From Chrysomallon squamiferum (lineage: Eukaryota > Animalia > Mollusca), in assembly GCA_012295275.1 (NCBI GenBank), contig CM022666.1, positions 1,922,001 through 1,986,000 on the forward strand: a stretch of 64,000 nt of DNA. The letters run 5' to 3'. The stretch's first letter is position 1. Each line of letters opens with the position of its first letter. Below are positions 1 to 13,010 of the stretch, piece by piece. Both the position numbers and the translations under genes were made by a program. The notes under the pieces were generated by a model. It searched no databases, was not told the DNA's origin, and saw nothing but the letters and a program-made list of their open reading frames with translations.

Positions 1-2194
1 AAAAAAAAAGACATTTTATCTCCCACTCTGGATTTTCTGATTCATTTTATCACACTATGCTCACTGAAACTTGGTTCTACAGCAATTTCTTTTTTCTTTC
101 CTTCTACTTTTTTCCCCATTAAAATAGTTGTTCTGGTAATATGTAATGTAAATTTGTTTTCAAGCTAAGGTTTTTATAAAAAAAACTTCATCAGAGTATT
201 CCCATCCACCATGGTGTTAAAAGAATCTATTTTTACTCAAGTCTCAAACCTCAAACATTACGAGTTCAAAAGTTAGAAACTTTTTTTCGTCCAGTTTCTA
301 TTTTCAATTTGTTTAAAATTAGCCATAACAAGTTATTTCTACATTATTATTATTATTATTAATAGAACCTTCCCCTAGACAAATTCCAGTGATAATTATT
401 TATAACAAGAGTAACAAGCTACACCTGTCAACACAAGCCCCAGAACCAAACACACTAAAGCGCTCAGCCTAAACAGCTGTAATGAATTTACAAGTGGCTT
501 TGAAAATTAATTTTTAAAACCTAACAGATTTCCTCTTGGCATCCCTCTCCATTATCTGTATAGCATAACCTTTGGAAACCAATTAGATCCCTTCCCCCCA
601 CAAAGCTTGTTGCTATGGTAATTAAGGACACCGCTTTCCAAAGCCAAGACATGGGCCTGAAGGGAAGAACAGGAAAAGCAGATGATGAAAGGATGGATGA
701 GCTCAACTAATTAAAAGATCTCTGTATACCGTCTGTGAATGAAGATCAGTAGCAGTTCTCTGACTGGTACAATGTGGTGATAATCAGACAGCAGAAAAAT
801 GTGGCTTGATGCTAGACAGAGAGAGATTCTGGTGAAGAAATCACAACGGTATCAGAAGTTCAGGTGCTGATCAGTGCTGAAGGTCAAGAAAAAGAATAAA
901 ACTTCTGACAAAACTTCTCGTATGGCAGAAGAATGAATGAATGAATGAAGGTTAAACAAACCATTTCTTTAAAGTTTAGTGTAATGGTTATTAGAAGTCA
1001 AACATGATACAAGAGAAAAAAAAATCCTAACAGAATATATGAAACAGTAGCAAAAGGAGACACACAAGTAGTCAGAAACACACAAACTTAATATGATATA
1101 AAAATGCCACATACACACACCCAAAAACACACACACACATACACATGCATGGACACATTCCATAAACCTTTCTCTATCACTCATAGAGCCAAATATATAT
1201 ACAAACACCCAGCCATTTCAAGGTTAGAACTGATTACACATTTTATCATATCTCTCCAACACCTGATACCATGACCAATGTACAGCCAGGTCCCATCTGC
1301 CGTATTGATCTCATTAAAGGTTGTTTTGGGAAATGTTTTTTTTCTCTAGTTGTTCCTGCTACTTAACCAGAGTGTTAATGGCTATGTAAATATCTCATGT
1401 TTAGATCATCAGTGGTTCTCTGCCAGTATTTCTCTCTTCCTCTGGCTCATCATAAAGTAATTGTGCTCTGTGTGCCATCTGCTACTTCCATCTCAAACCA
1501 CTTGCGGTGTAAGAGGTTGGATAGTTAGGACATTTAAAAAAAATATATATATAAAAATCAAGATTTGAAAAAAAAAGAACAACAATGTAAAAAAAAGTTT
1601 ACAGTTCATTTGCTTTTAGATTGACAGAATTGTCCATCAACTTTTTTCTTTTCATTCCAGTATTAATTAGGTTTTATAAAGCCCAGTTTGATTTACTTTT
1701 TCTTCTTCTTTTTTTTCCTGCTAATGTTCTTTTTAGAGATTTTGTGTTTTGGTTACAAGGGATGTTGGTAATAAGGTTTGGTTTTGATATAAGGTATATC
1801 TGGTATGTTTTTTTCCGTTATACATGTGAAAACACATCCTATTCTTTTAATAAACCAGAATTACTATCAGACACTGAATGAAATGGTAAAGTTAAATGAA
1901 ATCCTCATTCGTATTCTTCTACAAACAAAGTTTCCATCCTTTCAAAAAATATTATCCAAAAAAAAAAAAAAGAAGAACTTAAAAATATAAAATCTCACAA
2001 ATCAGAGATAACAAATAACATATGGGCAACTATCAAAATAAAATGTACATGAATTAATAAAAAATAGTCCATTTGACAAAAAAAAAAATCTGTTATAAAA
2101 CGTAGCCCACTCTCACTTTTACGGATGTTCTTATCATTCCGAACATCTTTAACTGGCAGTTACAGCATAAAACCATGAAAGAAAAATAAATACC

Positions 2195-2234
<40 letters not shown>

Positions 2235-2417
2235 ACAAGCTCCCAGATGTCCACAAAATGCTGCTCAAACAGATGTAGCGCAGAAGGTAAGACCAGCTTG
2301 ATGAAAGTAGTGCGGATGCGAGACCAGAGAGCAGAACTGATGAAGTCAGAGTTAATAGTCCATGGTTATGAACAGATAGACATCACTGCATTAAAAGAAC
2401 CTTGATCAGTGTATTAC

Positions 2418-2450
2418 CACTGGTTCTGTGTAGATGTGGCACTGGGCTAG
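2418..2450 (-). CDS. Candidate 33-nt cassette exon (LAQCHIYTEPV)
   Basis: tttaac...tgcccctcacag|CTA...GTG|gtaata; phase 0-0, compatible with exon 20; no homology support. Confidence 0.25.
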
Positions 2451-2653
2451 CTGTGAGGGGCAGCTGGGTTAAACGCTATCCAGTGACCACGTCACACACG
2501 CACGCTGGTCATAAAAGTAATTGTTTCCTCTTCCCGTAACCAGATGAAACACATCTTAAATCGATTTCAGCTCAGGAAGTTGTAAAAAAATGCACAGAGT
2601 GTAATACATGGATAATCTTCTTAATGGTGTGAATAATGTGTATGCTAGAAGAG

Positions 2654-2693
<40 letters not shown>

Positions 2694-4627
2694 CGGTGGT
2701 GGTGGTGTTAGCAGGAATAACTGTTTTAACTTTTTTTTAGTTCTGGGTAAATTATATGAAGTTCTAGATTCTGTCTGTTTTTTATTTTTATTTTTTTTTT
2801 TGTGTTTGTTTTCTTCTTTTATTTAAAATTCTAATAACCCTAGTGAAAATAAACTTCGAAAATGTCTTTTTTTTTTTAATTTACCAGCTTAAAAGGAAAT
2901 AACAAACAGATTAATTTTATCAGTTTAAATCTGTTGCTTTTTCTTTTTTTTTTTTTTTCAAATTTCCATAACATCAAACAACTATTTCATTTTTCTTCAC
3001 AAATAAAAAAAAGTTCATCTTGAAGGTCAAAATGATATAAAAATGAACACACATATAAAATACAAGACATGATAAAATTAAAACAGCAAATGGTGAATAA
3101 CATTTGTCAGCATTTCTGTTCTGCACTGTTTCATCTCAAAACAGTTTTCATCAAAAGAATTGTAATTCAGATTAGATACTGGACAACATCAACTGTACTA
3201 AAATAAAAATAACCTCTGTATAAAAGCAAGGAGATGGTCTGTACATTATTTTGATCACTACTTTTAAGTGTATAAAGAAGGATGTCTGGCAGAATTTTCT
3301 CTAAGGAATTCACTGTTAAAGATTTTTTTTATGCTTTTTCTTTTTTTTTTTTTTTTTCTTTTTCTTTACTAAATAAATTATGTAATTTTTATAACATTAT
3401 TATTACTGTTTTATATATTTTAAAGAACTAAAGACAGCAGCCTCTGCCCTAAAAATGTTTTTTTCAAAGACAGTGTTATATGTTTCCTATGTGTGGATGC
3501 ATATAAAATGTAACTTGGTGCCTTTTAATTTAGTCCACTGACTGATGGATGGTTTTTTTTTTTCATATTATATCATTATGACACCAAAAAACAACCAAAC
3601 AATTATTCATTCATGGTAAATATGTTGAGGTTTTCTAAAATATACTCTTATTAGTACAGTAAACTTTTTTTTTAGTTAACAAAAATAAGCTACATCTGAA
3701 GGAAGAATCATGATAAAAAAAACTGTTTTTTGTTTTATCATGCACAGAATACTTAACCAGACAATACTGCCACCACCAACACACTGTACAGTTCAAGAGG
3801 TGATGGCTTGATTAGATTCCATCAGCACAGTTAATTTTCACATTTTTATTACAAAGGATTCCTTGGCAAACAAATCAAAGGCAGTATTTATCATGTTATT
3901 GCCAGTAACTCTGAAGAAAGACAAAACAAAGATTTGCTGAAAGATCACCCACGTGTCTGAAAATATTACTTTTATAGCGCTTTCTAATCTGAGCAAAAAT
4001 TACTATAACAACATTTGTCAAGATGAAAGAAATGATGACAGGTGATACTGGGGCACAACTGTATGGAATTTCTGTCTTCAAAGAAAACAAATAAATAAAG
4101 CAGTAAAAAGCTGATGCCAGTTAGAAAGACCTAACAAAGCCGTTAGAGTTGTTTCCCCTTAGTTTGTAATGATTACTCAATTTCTGAATAATGTAGGTCA
4201 ACCAGGTTGCCATGTTTATGTTCCACAGTTCAGATCTATAATCAAGAAGGATTTAGATAACCAAAGGGCAAGTTTTATTTAAATAAACAGTTATATAACT
4301 GTTGTGATGTAATCTAATTTATGATTTGTTTCATAAAATAAAGTAAACAAAACATGGCTGCAAAATGGGATAATTCTGCAATGTTTCTTTACTAATGCTG
4401 ATTCAGATTTGTTTAGGTAAACAATGTTTCATTACAAACTACAAATCTGCACTTTTTATATATTTTAAAATAAAGAATCAGGAATTTCCCACAAATACAA
4501 GTTTATTTAACATAATTTCTCTACAATGAAAGTTATTGTAACAAAAAACAATTGGCTCTGTAACACACACACACACCTTCTGCATACCAAAAATAAATAA
4601 ATAATAATATAATAATACCACGGTGGC

Positions 4628-4659
<32 letters not shown>

Positions 4660-4876
4660 GCTACAAATACACAAGAGTGGACCATATTATGATAATAATA
4701 ATAAAAATAATAATATTAAACAAAAATGAAATATTCTAAAGCAAAAAATAGTAATCATTTTTGCAGAAAAAAAAACAAAAAAACACAAAATGAAAGCACA
4801 GAAAACCAAGTCATGGAATCAGTTTTCTGTAAATGACAAGTGGGAAATTCCTGACAGAGAAGTAAGAGAGACTTAC

Positions 4877-4962
4877 CCTTCTGGCCACCAGGGTATTGTC
4901 ACCATCATCATCATTCACTTTGGTAAAACTGGCATTGCTCTGCACCTGTGCTGGAGGTGTAT
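4877..4962 (-). CDS. MAP4K4: Exon 20 (DTPPAQVQSNASFTKVNDDDGDNTLVARR)
   Basis: ttcag|AT...AGG|gtaagt, 86 nt, phase 1-0. Confidence 0.85.
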
Positions 4963-5031
4963 CTGAAATTTAAATTTAAATCACAATTCATATACTTGTT
5001 GTCTCAATACAGCAGCCAATTTAATATTTTT

Positions 5032-5062
<31 letters not shown>

Positions 5063-5200
5063 ATTATTATTATTATTTTTATTATTATTATTATTATTTT
5101 TTTTTTTTTCACTGTTGTAGGAATATTTTCCATCTTCATTTCTAAATCATGTTATGTGTATAACATAGGAAATGACTAAATGTTGAAACATCCTACATAC

Positions 5201-5262
5201 CTTCATGTATAACCATCGAAGACATCGTTTCCAAAGTGTCATCTGTAAACTGACCAGCAGGG
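5201..5262 (-). CDS. MAP4K4: Exon 19 (PAGQFTDDTLETMSSMVIHE)
   Basis: ttcag|C...GAAG|gtatgt, 62 nt, phase 2-1; SSMVIHE resembles family STMVVHD. Confidence 0.85.
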
Positions 5263-5381
5263 CTGAAATAAAACATTTTTAAAAATGTTTTAAATAAATA
5301 TACATTAATTTATAATTTACAAACCAAAACCTGTGCATGCACACACATACTAACTAACAGACACACACACACATATGCACA

Positions 5382-5435
<54 letters not shown>

Positions 5436-7144
5436 CAAACTTTCATGGCTGTTATATTTACATGTAGCAAATTTACTATTTAAAATACTTCTTCTTAGCT
5501 TGTATTTAAAAACTTCAATCAGGTAATGAATGATTTAAGTTTAAGAATTAAAAACAACAGTAAAAGAACAAAACCAAACCAAAAAAAAACAACCTAAATT
5601 ATTTATGTAAATTATTCCCTATCAGATTAGTTATCACAAATGTTACAGAAACATTTCATAAACTTGAAGCCTCTTAATTTCATTTAAAAAAGCATGGGAT
5701 TTAATCAAATCAAATTTATTCAGAGAACTAAATACAACTTTATTTAATCAAAGAAAGGAAATAAAAGAAAGAAAGAAAGTAAGAAAGAAAATGGGGAAGA
5801 CAGCACATACAGCCTGAATTCATAACTGATATTTACACAAAGACAAATAAACTAAATTAAATTAAAATGAAAACATGCAAAACACAGTGAAAATGCAGAA
5901 AAAAATCACAGTTAAATTAAAACCAAAAAAACTTGAAGAAAAACCAAAAAGAAATTTAAAAAATTAAAATAAATTAAATTTTAAAAATTTTCAAATGGAA
6001 AGATGTATATATTGTTTATGCATTTATTTTAAAAATAGTTTAAAATACATTTTAAACGTCTTTAAAAAAAAAAAAAAAAAAAAATTATAAATGTGTTTCT
6101 TTTCAAAATGTACTAAAATTATCTGTTAAAATTCAAAAACTTCTGCTGGGGGAATGAAATGAAGTGCAATGAAGCTAAAACTAACAACACAGGTGAAAAG
6201 TTTTTTTTTTTTTTTTTAGGTAACATTCTAGGATACTATGCTGACTTCACAATATTTTGTTAATAATAAAATGCAAAGAGATGTGAAACATGGAAAATAA
6301 CTCTCTGTACTAAGTTTCTTAATTTTTAATTTCTGTCTTTTTAAAAGATACCACAAACTCAATTTTGTTAATTTGTTTTGGTGTTTATTCGTATGTCATC
6401 TTTTTTCTTTCAAAAGTTTTTTTTTTTTTTTTTTTTTTTTTTTCAGTTTTCAACTGACCTAAATCATTAATATTGTTTATTTTATTAATGTATTTTTGAC
6501 AATTGTTTAACATAGAAATTTGAATAAATGCATTTTGTAATAAAAAGCAGATGAAAAAATATATATACTGTAAACATTTCAATTCAAAAAATCATAAAAC
6601 AAAATGTTTAAATGATATTAAAAGCACCATCATGTGTATTAATATACATCATGTGATTTTAATTTTTTAAATCAGTTTGTGGATTTGGGGGGGGGGAATC
6701 CAAAAAACTTTGTTTACACTTATTAATATAGCTTGCAAAAACAAACAGAAATAAAAAAATTTATATATATATATATATATAAAAGGTTTTCTGGTAATTT
6801 ATTTAATAGCTCCTTGAAAAAAAATCAGACAGGTGAATAATATTTGGCGTCAACAAACTGTACAATCAGCAGATGGTTTTTAATGTAAAAGAATAAAAGT
6901 CTTTTTATGTTAAAAACAAATCACTTCATGGTGATTATTAACAGCTTTAGGCAACTAGACACAGACTGGAAATCATACCCACTGTACTGAAACCTGATAA
7001 CCAAACTGCCTGAGGTGTTATGATTGCAAAATGACATAAAAATTTTATGCTTACGTCAGACAAAAAAGAGTGAATGGACAGAAAGACCGTGCTGTGAGGT
7101 TGGATTGGGAAATCATGCACACTAGATGGTCTCTGTATACTTAC

Positions 7145-7177
7145 TGTGAGTAGCTAGAGACCATATGCTGAGGTGGT
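7145..7177 (-). CDS. MAP4K4: Exon 18, 33-nt symmetric microexon (LPPQHMVSSYSH), probable cassette exon
   Basis: atgcag|A...CA|gtaagt (consensus donor), phase 2-2, open in frame; skipping keeps the frame. Confidence 0.65.
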
Positions 7178-8029
7178 CTGCATAAATTATAAAATACACT
7201 CTCTAAGAGTTGGCATTTATTAACAACTTCAAACTGCTAATTAAAAAAAACTAACTATTTCTACTCTTTTTAAAAAAAAATAAAAATATTATTTTATACT
7301 TTTTAAAGAGGTACAAAAATAAAATAAAAATCACAATAATTAAAAATAATTAAATTATTCAAGACAGTAAAATTAACAAAGAATTTCACATTTCATTTTA
7401 AATTAATCCACAAAATAAATACAAGTTAAAAGGAGTTATCTCCCTTCCACAACTCTATCTAAGAAATCATATAAATGGACTTGATAAGGTTTACAGAAAC
7501 AGTCTTTCTCTCTGAGTAACTGTATTTAGGTTATGTAACTATACATTATGGATAAGGATATGTATTTCAGAATTTTGATGGTATTTTGTAGAAATTTCAA
7601 AAACAATTCAAAAAAAAAAAATTGAATACAAAATGAAAGAGAGAGAAAGACAGACAAAAAGGAACTAAAATAATAAAGCAACATAATACAAATAAAACAC
7701 AGCCAGTTCTTACATTTGGCTATTTAGTATTATCTATGTATCACTAGTTATTGACAGACATAAAAATTTGGAGATACTGATGAATTATAACAGAGTTATA
7801 ACAAATAAATGTTAATCCTGCTTCATTTGAATTTAAAATAATTTTATTTTAATTTTTTAAAAAACACTTGAATGCCTGAAACCTGATTTATTGAATTCAC
7901 TTATCACAAATGTTTACATTTTTTTTTTCCTGAATAAACTATTGAAAGTTTTTATTGTTTTATCTTTGTTAAATGCTGTAACTACTATTATTTCGTTAAA
8001 ATTATTATTATTGTTATTATTATACACAT

Positions 8030-8350
8030 TATGATTATAATTATTTTTTTTTTTTCCTGTTATTATCATTAATATTGTTACTAAATTTTAAAACTGTTTT
8101 TATTATTGTTGTTGTTGTTATATACATTATTATTATTAATATTAATATTATCATTGATACTATTATTATCATTGATATCATCATTCTTCTTCTTATTATT
8201 ATTATTACTTTTATTATTATTGTTGTTGTAGTAGTTATTATTATTATTATTATTATTATTATCATTATTATTATCATTTTTACTATTATTACTATCATTA
8301 CTATTACTATTATTATTACTATTACTGTTATTATTACTATTACTATTTAT
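8030..8350. repeat. Degenerate (TAT)n/(TGT)n low-complexity tract abutting the exon 17 donor
   Basis: Direct reading; source of the poly-Ile ORFs. Confidence 0.9.
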
Positions 8351-8356
8351 ACTTAC

Positions 8357-8517
8357 AAAGGTCTGGCAGGCTCAGAGGCTGGCAGTGTTCCATCACGGTT
8401 GATTTCATCGTCTTCCTCATCTTCATCGTCACTGTTCTCGTCCTCCATGATCACTGTGCGTGCCTGCCGCTCTTCTGCTCCCATCTTCGTCAAGTGAGCT
8501 GCCAGTCTCTCCAGGTC
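8357..8517 (-). CDS. MAP4K4: Exon 17 (DLERLAAHLTKMGAEERQARTVIMEDENSDDEDEEDDEINRDGTLPASEPARP)
   Basis: ttcag|GAC...TT|gtaagt, 161 nt, phase 0-2. DLERLAAHL resembles vertebrate DLTALAKEL and DGTL is family-like. Acceptor choice is ambiguous (see array). Confidence 0.88.
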
Positions 8518-9020
8518 CTGAAAAACAATAAAAAACAAATGAGCTGCCAGTCTCTCCAGATCCTGAAAAACAAACAAACAAATGAGCTGCCAGTCTCTCC
8601 AGATCCTGAAAAACAAACAAACAAATGAGCTGCCAGTCTCTCCAGATCCTGAAAAACAATAAAAAACAAATGAGCTGCCAGTCTCTCCAGATCCTGAAAA
8701 ACAAACAAAACAAATGAGCTGCCAGTCTCTCCAGATCCTGAAAAACAAACAAACAAATGAGCTGCCAGTCTCTCCAGATCCTGAAAAACAATAAAAAACA
8801 AATGAGCTGCCAGTCTCTCCAGATCCTGAAAAACAATAAAAAAAACAAGTGAGCTGCCAGTCTCTCCAGATCCTGAAAAACAATAAAAAAACAAGTGAGC
8901 TGCCAGTCTCTCCAGATCCTGAAAAACAATAAAAAACAAATGAGCTGCCAGTCTCTCCAGATCCTGAAAAACAATGAAAAACAAATGAGCTGCCAGTCTC
9001 TCCAGATCCTGAAAAACAAT
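8491..9020 (-). repeat. 12-copy 43-47 bp minisatellite made of the exon 17 acceptor (TTGTTTTTTATTGTTTTTCAG|GATCTGGAGAGACTGGCAGCTCAT)
   Basis: Exon-start positions at 8517, 8562, 8605, 8648, 8693, 8737, 8780, 8825, 8872, 8918, 8963, 9008; near-identical cores. Confidence 0.98.
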
Positions 9021-9314
9021 CAAATAAATAATAAAAAAATAAAAGTAATTATTAAAACAATATTTATTATTCCATCTAAGAACCTTCCAATAAAGAGATA
9101 ATATATCTTACATTTTTACAGTTACCCAAAATTTCTTCAGTACGTCATTTAAAAATATTAACATACTAAATTTTAACATTCTAAAAAGAAGATTAATAAG
9201 ATTAATACTGAATTCATTGTCATAAAAGTCAGACTGGAAAACGTATTTTAAACAGAGAGATAAAATTATCTAAAGTACTTCAGTAAATTTGTTTAAATAA
9301 AAAGAAATAATTAC

Positions 9315-9412
9315 CTCTGGTTTGTTCACTCCTCCAAACATGCCTGGAGCTCTCTGGTCTGACTGCATGGGGTGTCCAGCACCAGAACTAGGGTTCTTAG
9401 GGTCAGGCATCA
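9315..9412 (-). CDS. MAP4K4: Exon 16 (VMPDPKNPSSGAGHPMQSDQRAPGMFGGVNKPE)
   Basis: attag|TG...GAG|gtaatt, 98 nt, phase 1-0, GC-rich island in AT-rich introns. Confidence 0.85.
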
Positions 9413-9925
9413 CTAATAAAACAAGTTAATCATTAGTTTAATTAATTTTACAAAAACTGTAAAATATAAAAGAAGCTACATATACAAGAAATCAAAAACT
9501 GGTCTCAAGCTATTATTTAGCACCATTTCAGAACATCTGTTAAGTATCAAAATATGTTAATAAATAAATAAATGAATTGAAAAAACAAAAATATTAAATT
9601 TGGGCCCACACTATTTTTGAATTAATTTATGACAAGGTTTCTCTCATTCCAGTTAAATGAGAAAACTGGAAAGTTTTTGTTTTTGATTATTTAGTATAGT
9701 GAAACAATGAGATATATCTCAATTAACCTGCACAATTTTTAGGGGTTTATTGGGGTTTTTTTTGGTGAAATTAAATAACATAGCATCTAACACATGAAAA
9801 ATAAAATAAAAATGTATCAACAATTCCAATCGTTAACTGAAAATGACTACAGATGTACTGGTTTCCCCAGGTTCGATATGACGATGTTCTAATCGAGGTA
9901 ACACTTAAAAGCTCTTCAGACCAAC

Positions 9926-10221
9926 CTATCAGTCTCGACTGCACAGGAAACTGTTTTGGTATTTGTTCATGAACCACGGGATGACTGGCTTGCGGATTGT
10001 AATGACTAGACGGAGGACGATGTGGCTGAGGCTGTGGCTGGTGTAGTTGCGGAGGCTGAGGCTGCTGATGTGATGATTGTGGCCTCGGATGGTGCTGACG
10101 TTGACGTTCTTGTTGCCGTTGCTGTGCATGGCGTGCCTGGTTACTGCTTCGCGATTCTCTCTCCTGGATTTGTTGGAAGTTTCTCTTGAGTGTTGATTCA
10201 CCAGGAATTTGTAAAATAGAG
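9926..10221 (-). CDS. MAP4K4: Exon 15 (SILQIPGESTLKRNFQQIQE..., Q/H/P-rich linker)
   Basis: ttcag|C; PGESTL family motif; donor ATAG|gttggt gives the phase 1 required by exon 16; 296 nt. The donor end is less certain than the acceptor. Confidence 0.85.
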
Positions 10222-10765
10222 CTGAAAAAAAAACACATTTCCAAAATCAGTGTTAAATCATTTTAACAGTCATAAGAATACCAAAATTATAAAACAGAAC
10301 TAAAAAGAAAAAAAGAAAAAAGATTTCTAACTAGATATAATGAACACTAAAAGACAGTAAAATAAAAGAATTTAAAAAAAAAAAGACCGGTACAAAAAAA
10401 CATTTACAAACAGATTTTACCAATAAATTAAAAATATTTGAAAACAACAACAAAAACAAAAACCTAATGAAAATATAAAATAGCTGAAAAAAGTAATAAA
10501 AGCTTGTAAAAATAAAAAAACAAAATTTTTCTGAATTCTGAATGTTCCTAGTTCCATGAAACATTTTAACATATAAGACTCCAGTATCTAACAAACTCAT
10601 TCTAAATAACACTAGAAACTGTATTTTGTAAAAAGAAAAAAATGTTTAACCTTGGTTATATCACTTTTACCAATGATGTAACGAGTATAAATTTTAAGAA
10701 CAACTTCAATGTTTAATACAAGGTTTTATCTCTCACAGCTAAACAAAATATAAAATATATTATAC

Positions 10766-10844
10766 CTTGGCTCTCCTGGTATTGTTTCTTCATCCTCTTC
10801 ATTGTCACTTCCTTCCCATTCATACTCAGTGTCATGATCATCTC
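10766..10844 (-). CDS. MAP4K4: Exon 14 (GDDHDTEYEWEGSDNEEDEETIPGEPS, acidic segment)
   Basis: ttcag|GA...AG|gtataa, 79 nt, phase 1-2; matches family ETEYEYSGSEEE...GEPS. Confidence 0.93.
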
Positions 10845-11270
10845 CTGAAGAATTAGAAAACACATCAGTATAAATGAGCAAGTGAACGAACAACCAGAAC
10901 CCAAATAAAAGAAAAAAAATATCCATTTCTTTACAACTATCTAAAAATGTTGTTTGTTAAGACTTTTTTGTGCTTCATCCAAGATAGATTTCAGTTCTCG
11001 AGTACCTTCTGTGACCCAATAACTGTCAAAATTTTGATTCCCTTTAACAATAGTGACTGTCACAGTATAGTTACTCAGTTTTAACAATCTCCAATGGATA
11101 TAATTAGGTTTTCTTTGATCAAGTCCCATGCCTAGTTACAGTCTGTATTTCTATATTCTTCAAATTATTACATTAGATGACAGTGCCCACCTCTTTGGTA
11201 AAGAGACTTAAAGTGGAAATCTACTGTCATAACTCTACAGCTGTTCATTACAATTAGTAAGAAAAGCTAG

Positions 11271-11706
<436 letters not shown>

Positions 11707-11960
11707 TTAAAATAAAAAAATTAAATTCATGAATTATTTACCATCAGGAAACTCCTTTTTGGGGTTTTTAAATAAACAGTAAAAAAGAAAGAAACAAAGA
11801 AATTAAAGAAAGAAAATCAGAAAGAGAGAAGAAAAAAAAAAAAAAAAAAAAGCTAGCACCAACAGAAAATCTAACTGCAAAAAACTGAAAATTACCTTTA
11901 AAAATGTTTTAAAAATGTAAAAAATCACATTTTACTGTTAAGTTTAAGTTTATCACTTTA

Positions 11961-12170
<210 letters not shown>

Positions 12171-12183
12171 TTAAATAAATGAA

Positions 12184-12218
<35 letters not shown>

Positions 12219-12381
12219 ATATTAAATAAATAAATATTAAATAAATAAATAAATAAATAAATATTAAATAAATAAATAAATAAATACTTAATAATTAAAT
12301 ATTAGCAAAAAGTGCTTGTTTATTTTAGTTTTATATATGAAAGAATTTAAAGACCGCATTAAAATTTTAAAAATAACTTAC

Positions 12382-12436
12382 GAGGTTTCCCTTCAGACAT
12401 TTCTATTGCAGTGATTCCTAGTGACCACAGATCACT
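12382..12436 (-). CDS. MAP4K4: Kinase exon 11 (SDLWSLGITAIEMSEGKP)
   Basis: tctag|AGT...CCTC|gtaagt, 55 nt, phase 0-1. Confidence 0.97.
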
Positions 12437-13010
12437 CTAGAAATAAAGTCAAAATGTTTTGTTATTAATTTTATTTTTTATTTATGGTAAATAAATAACC
12501 ATAATAGATGTATTTTTTTGATCCTGATGTCATTTTGAGCTTTATTTCTTAATATGTAACAGCAAAATAATAATAATATAAAACAATCTATAAATGTCAT
12601 ACAGACATGAAGCAAAATATTATGAAAATAAAAACAAGAAAAAAATGTAATAAATCATAACAACAGAAAACAAAACACAAACAACATAGAATAATTGATT
12701 AATCGAATTCCACTGTGATACACGATACTGCACATACCACATTTACCATTTATAATTACTGTTCAAGTTACGCTATTTATCGAGCTAAATCTAAGCTTTA
12801 GCTTCCATTAGATTTCATGAATGAACACAAAAGAATGAAACTATTTTTTGAATTATGTCTGACCTACATGTTACTGGTGTCAACCAGACATAGGCTTGTG
12901 TCATTTTTTTCACAATCTATGCACAATGATGAAGTATTAAAAATATATTTATGAACATACAGGCAGGAAATGTTAATCCCTGATAATGCTAATCTCCATT
13001 ATAATCTCAC

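Noticed and set aside
521-706. Minus-strand 61-aa ORF with an AG just upstream as a further kinase exon
   Set aside because: Weak donor options and no resemblance to MAP4K linker or CNH sequence; more likely regulatory (X-box-like GTTGCTATGGTAAT at 609-622)
2885-2887. 3-nt microexon (ttttaag|CTG|gtaaat)
   Set aside because: AAG acceptor is rare and such matches arise by chance in T-rich introns
7055-7144. Alternative donor GAC|GTAAGC 90 nt downstream of the microexon
   Set aside because: The extension reads CAG TAA (immediate stop), and a separate 37-nt exon would break phase
8491-9020. CRISPR-like appearance of the 43-47 bp array
   Set aside because: Spacers are near-identical U-tract variants, the repeat is a spliceosomal exon junction, there are no cas genes and the context is eukaryotic
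8353-9101. Long overlapping ORFs (176-196 aa) across the acceptor array as independent genes
   Set aside because: They are three-frame read-throughs of a stop-free tandem repeat; only the DLERLAAHLTKMG part is exon
9497-9540. TAGCACCATTT resembling the miR-29 5' end
   Set aside because: Only an 11-nt match and no precursor hairpin
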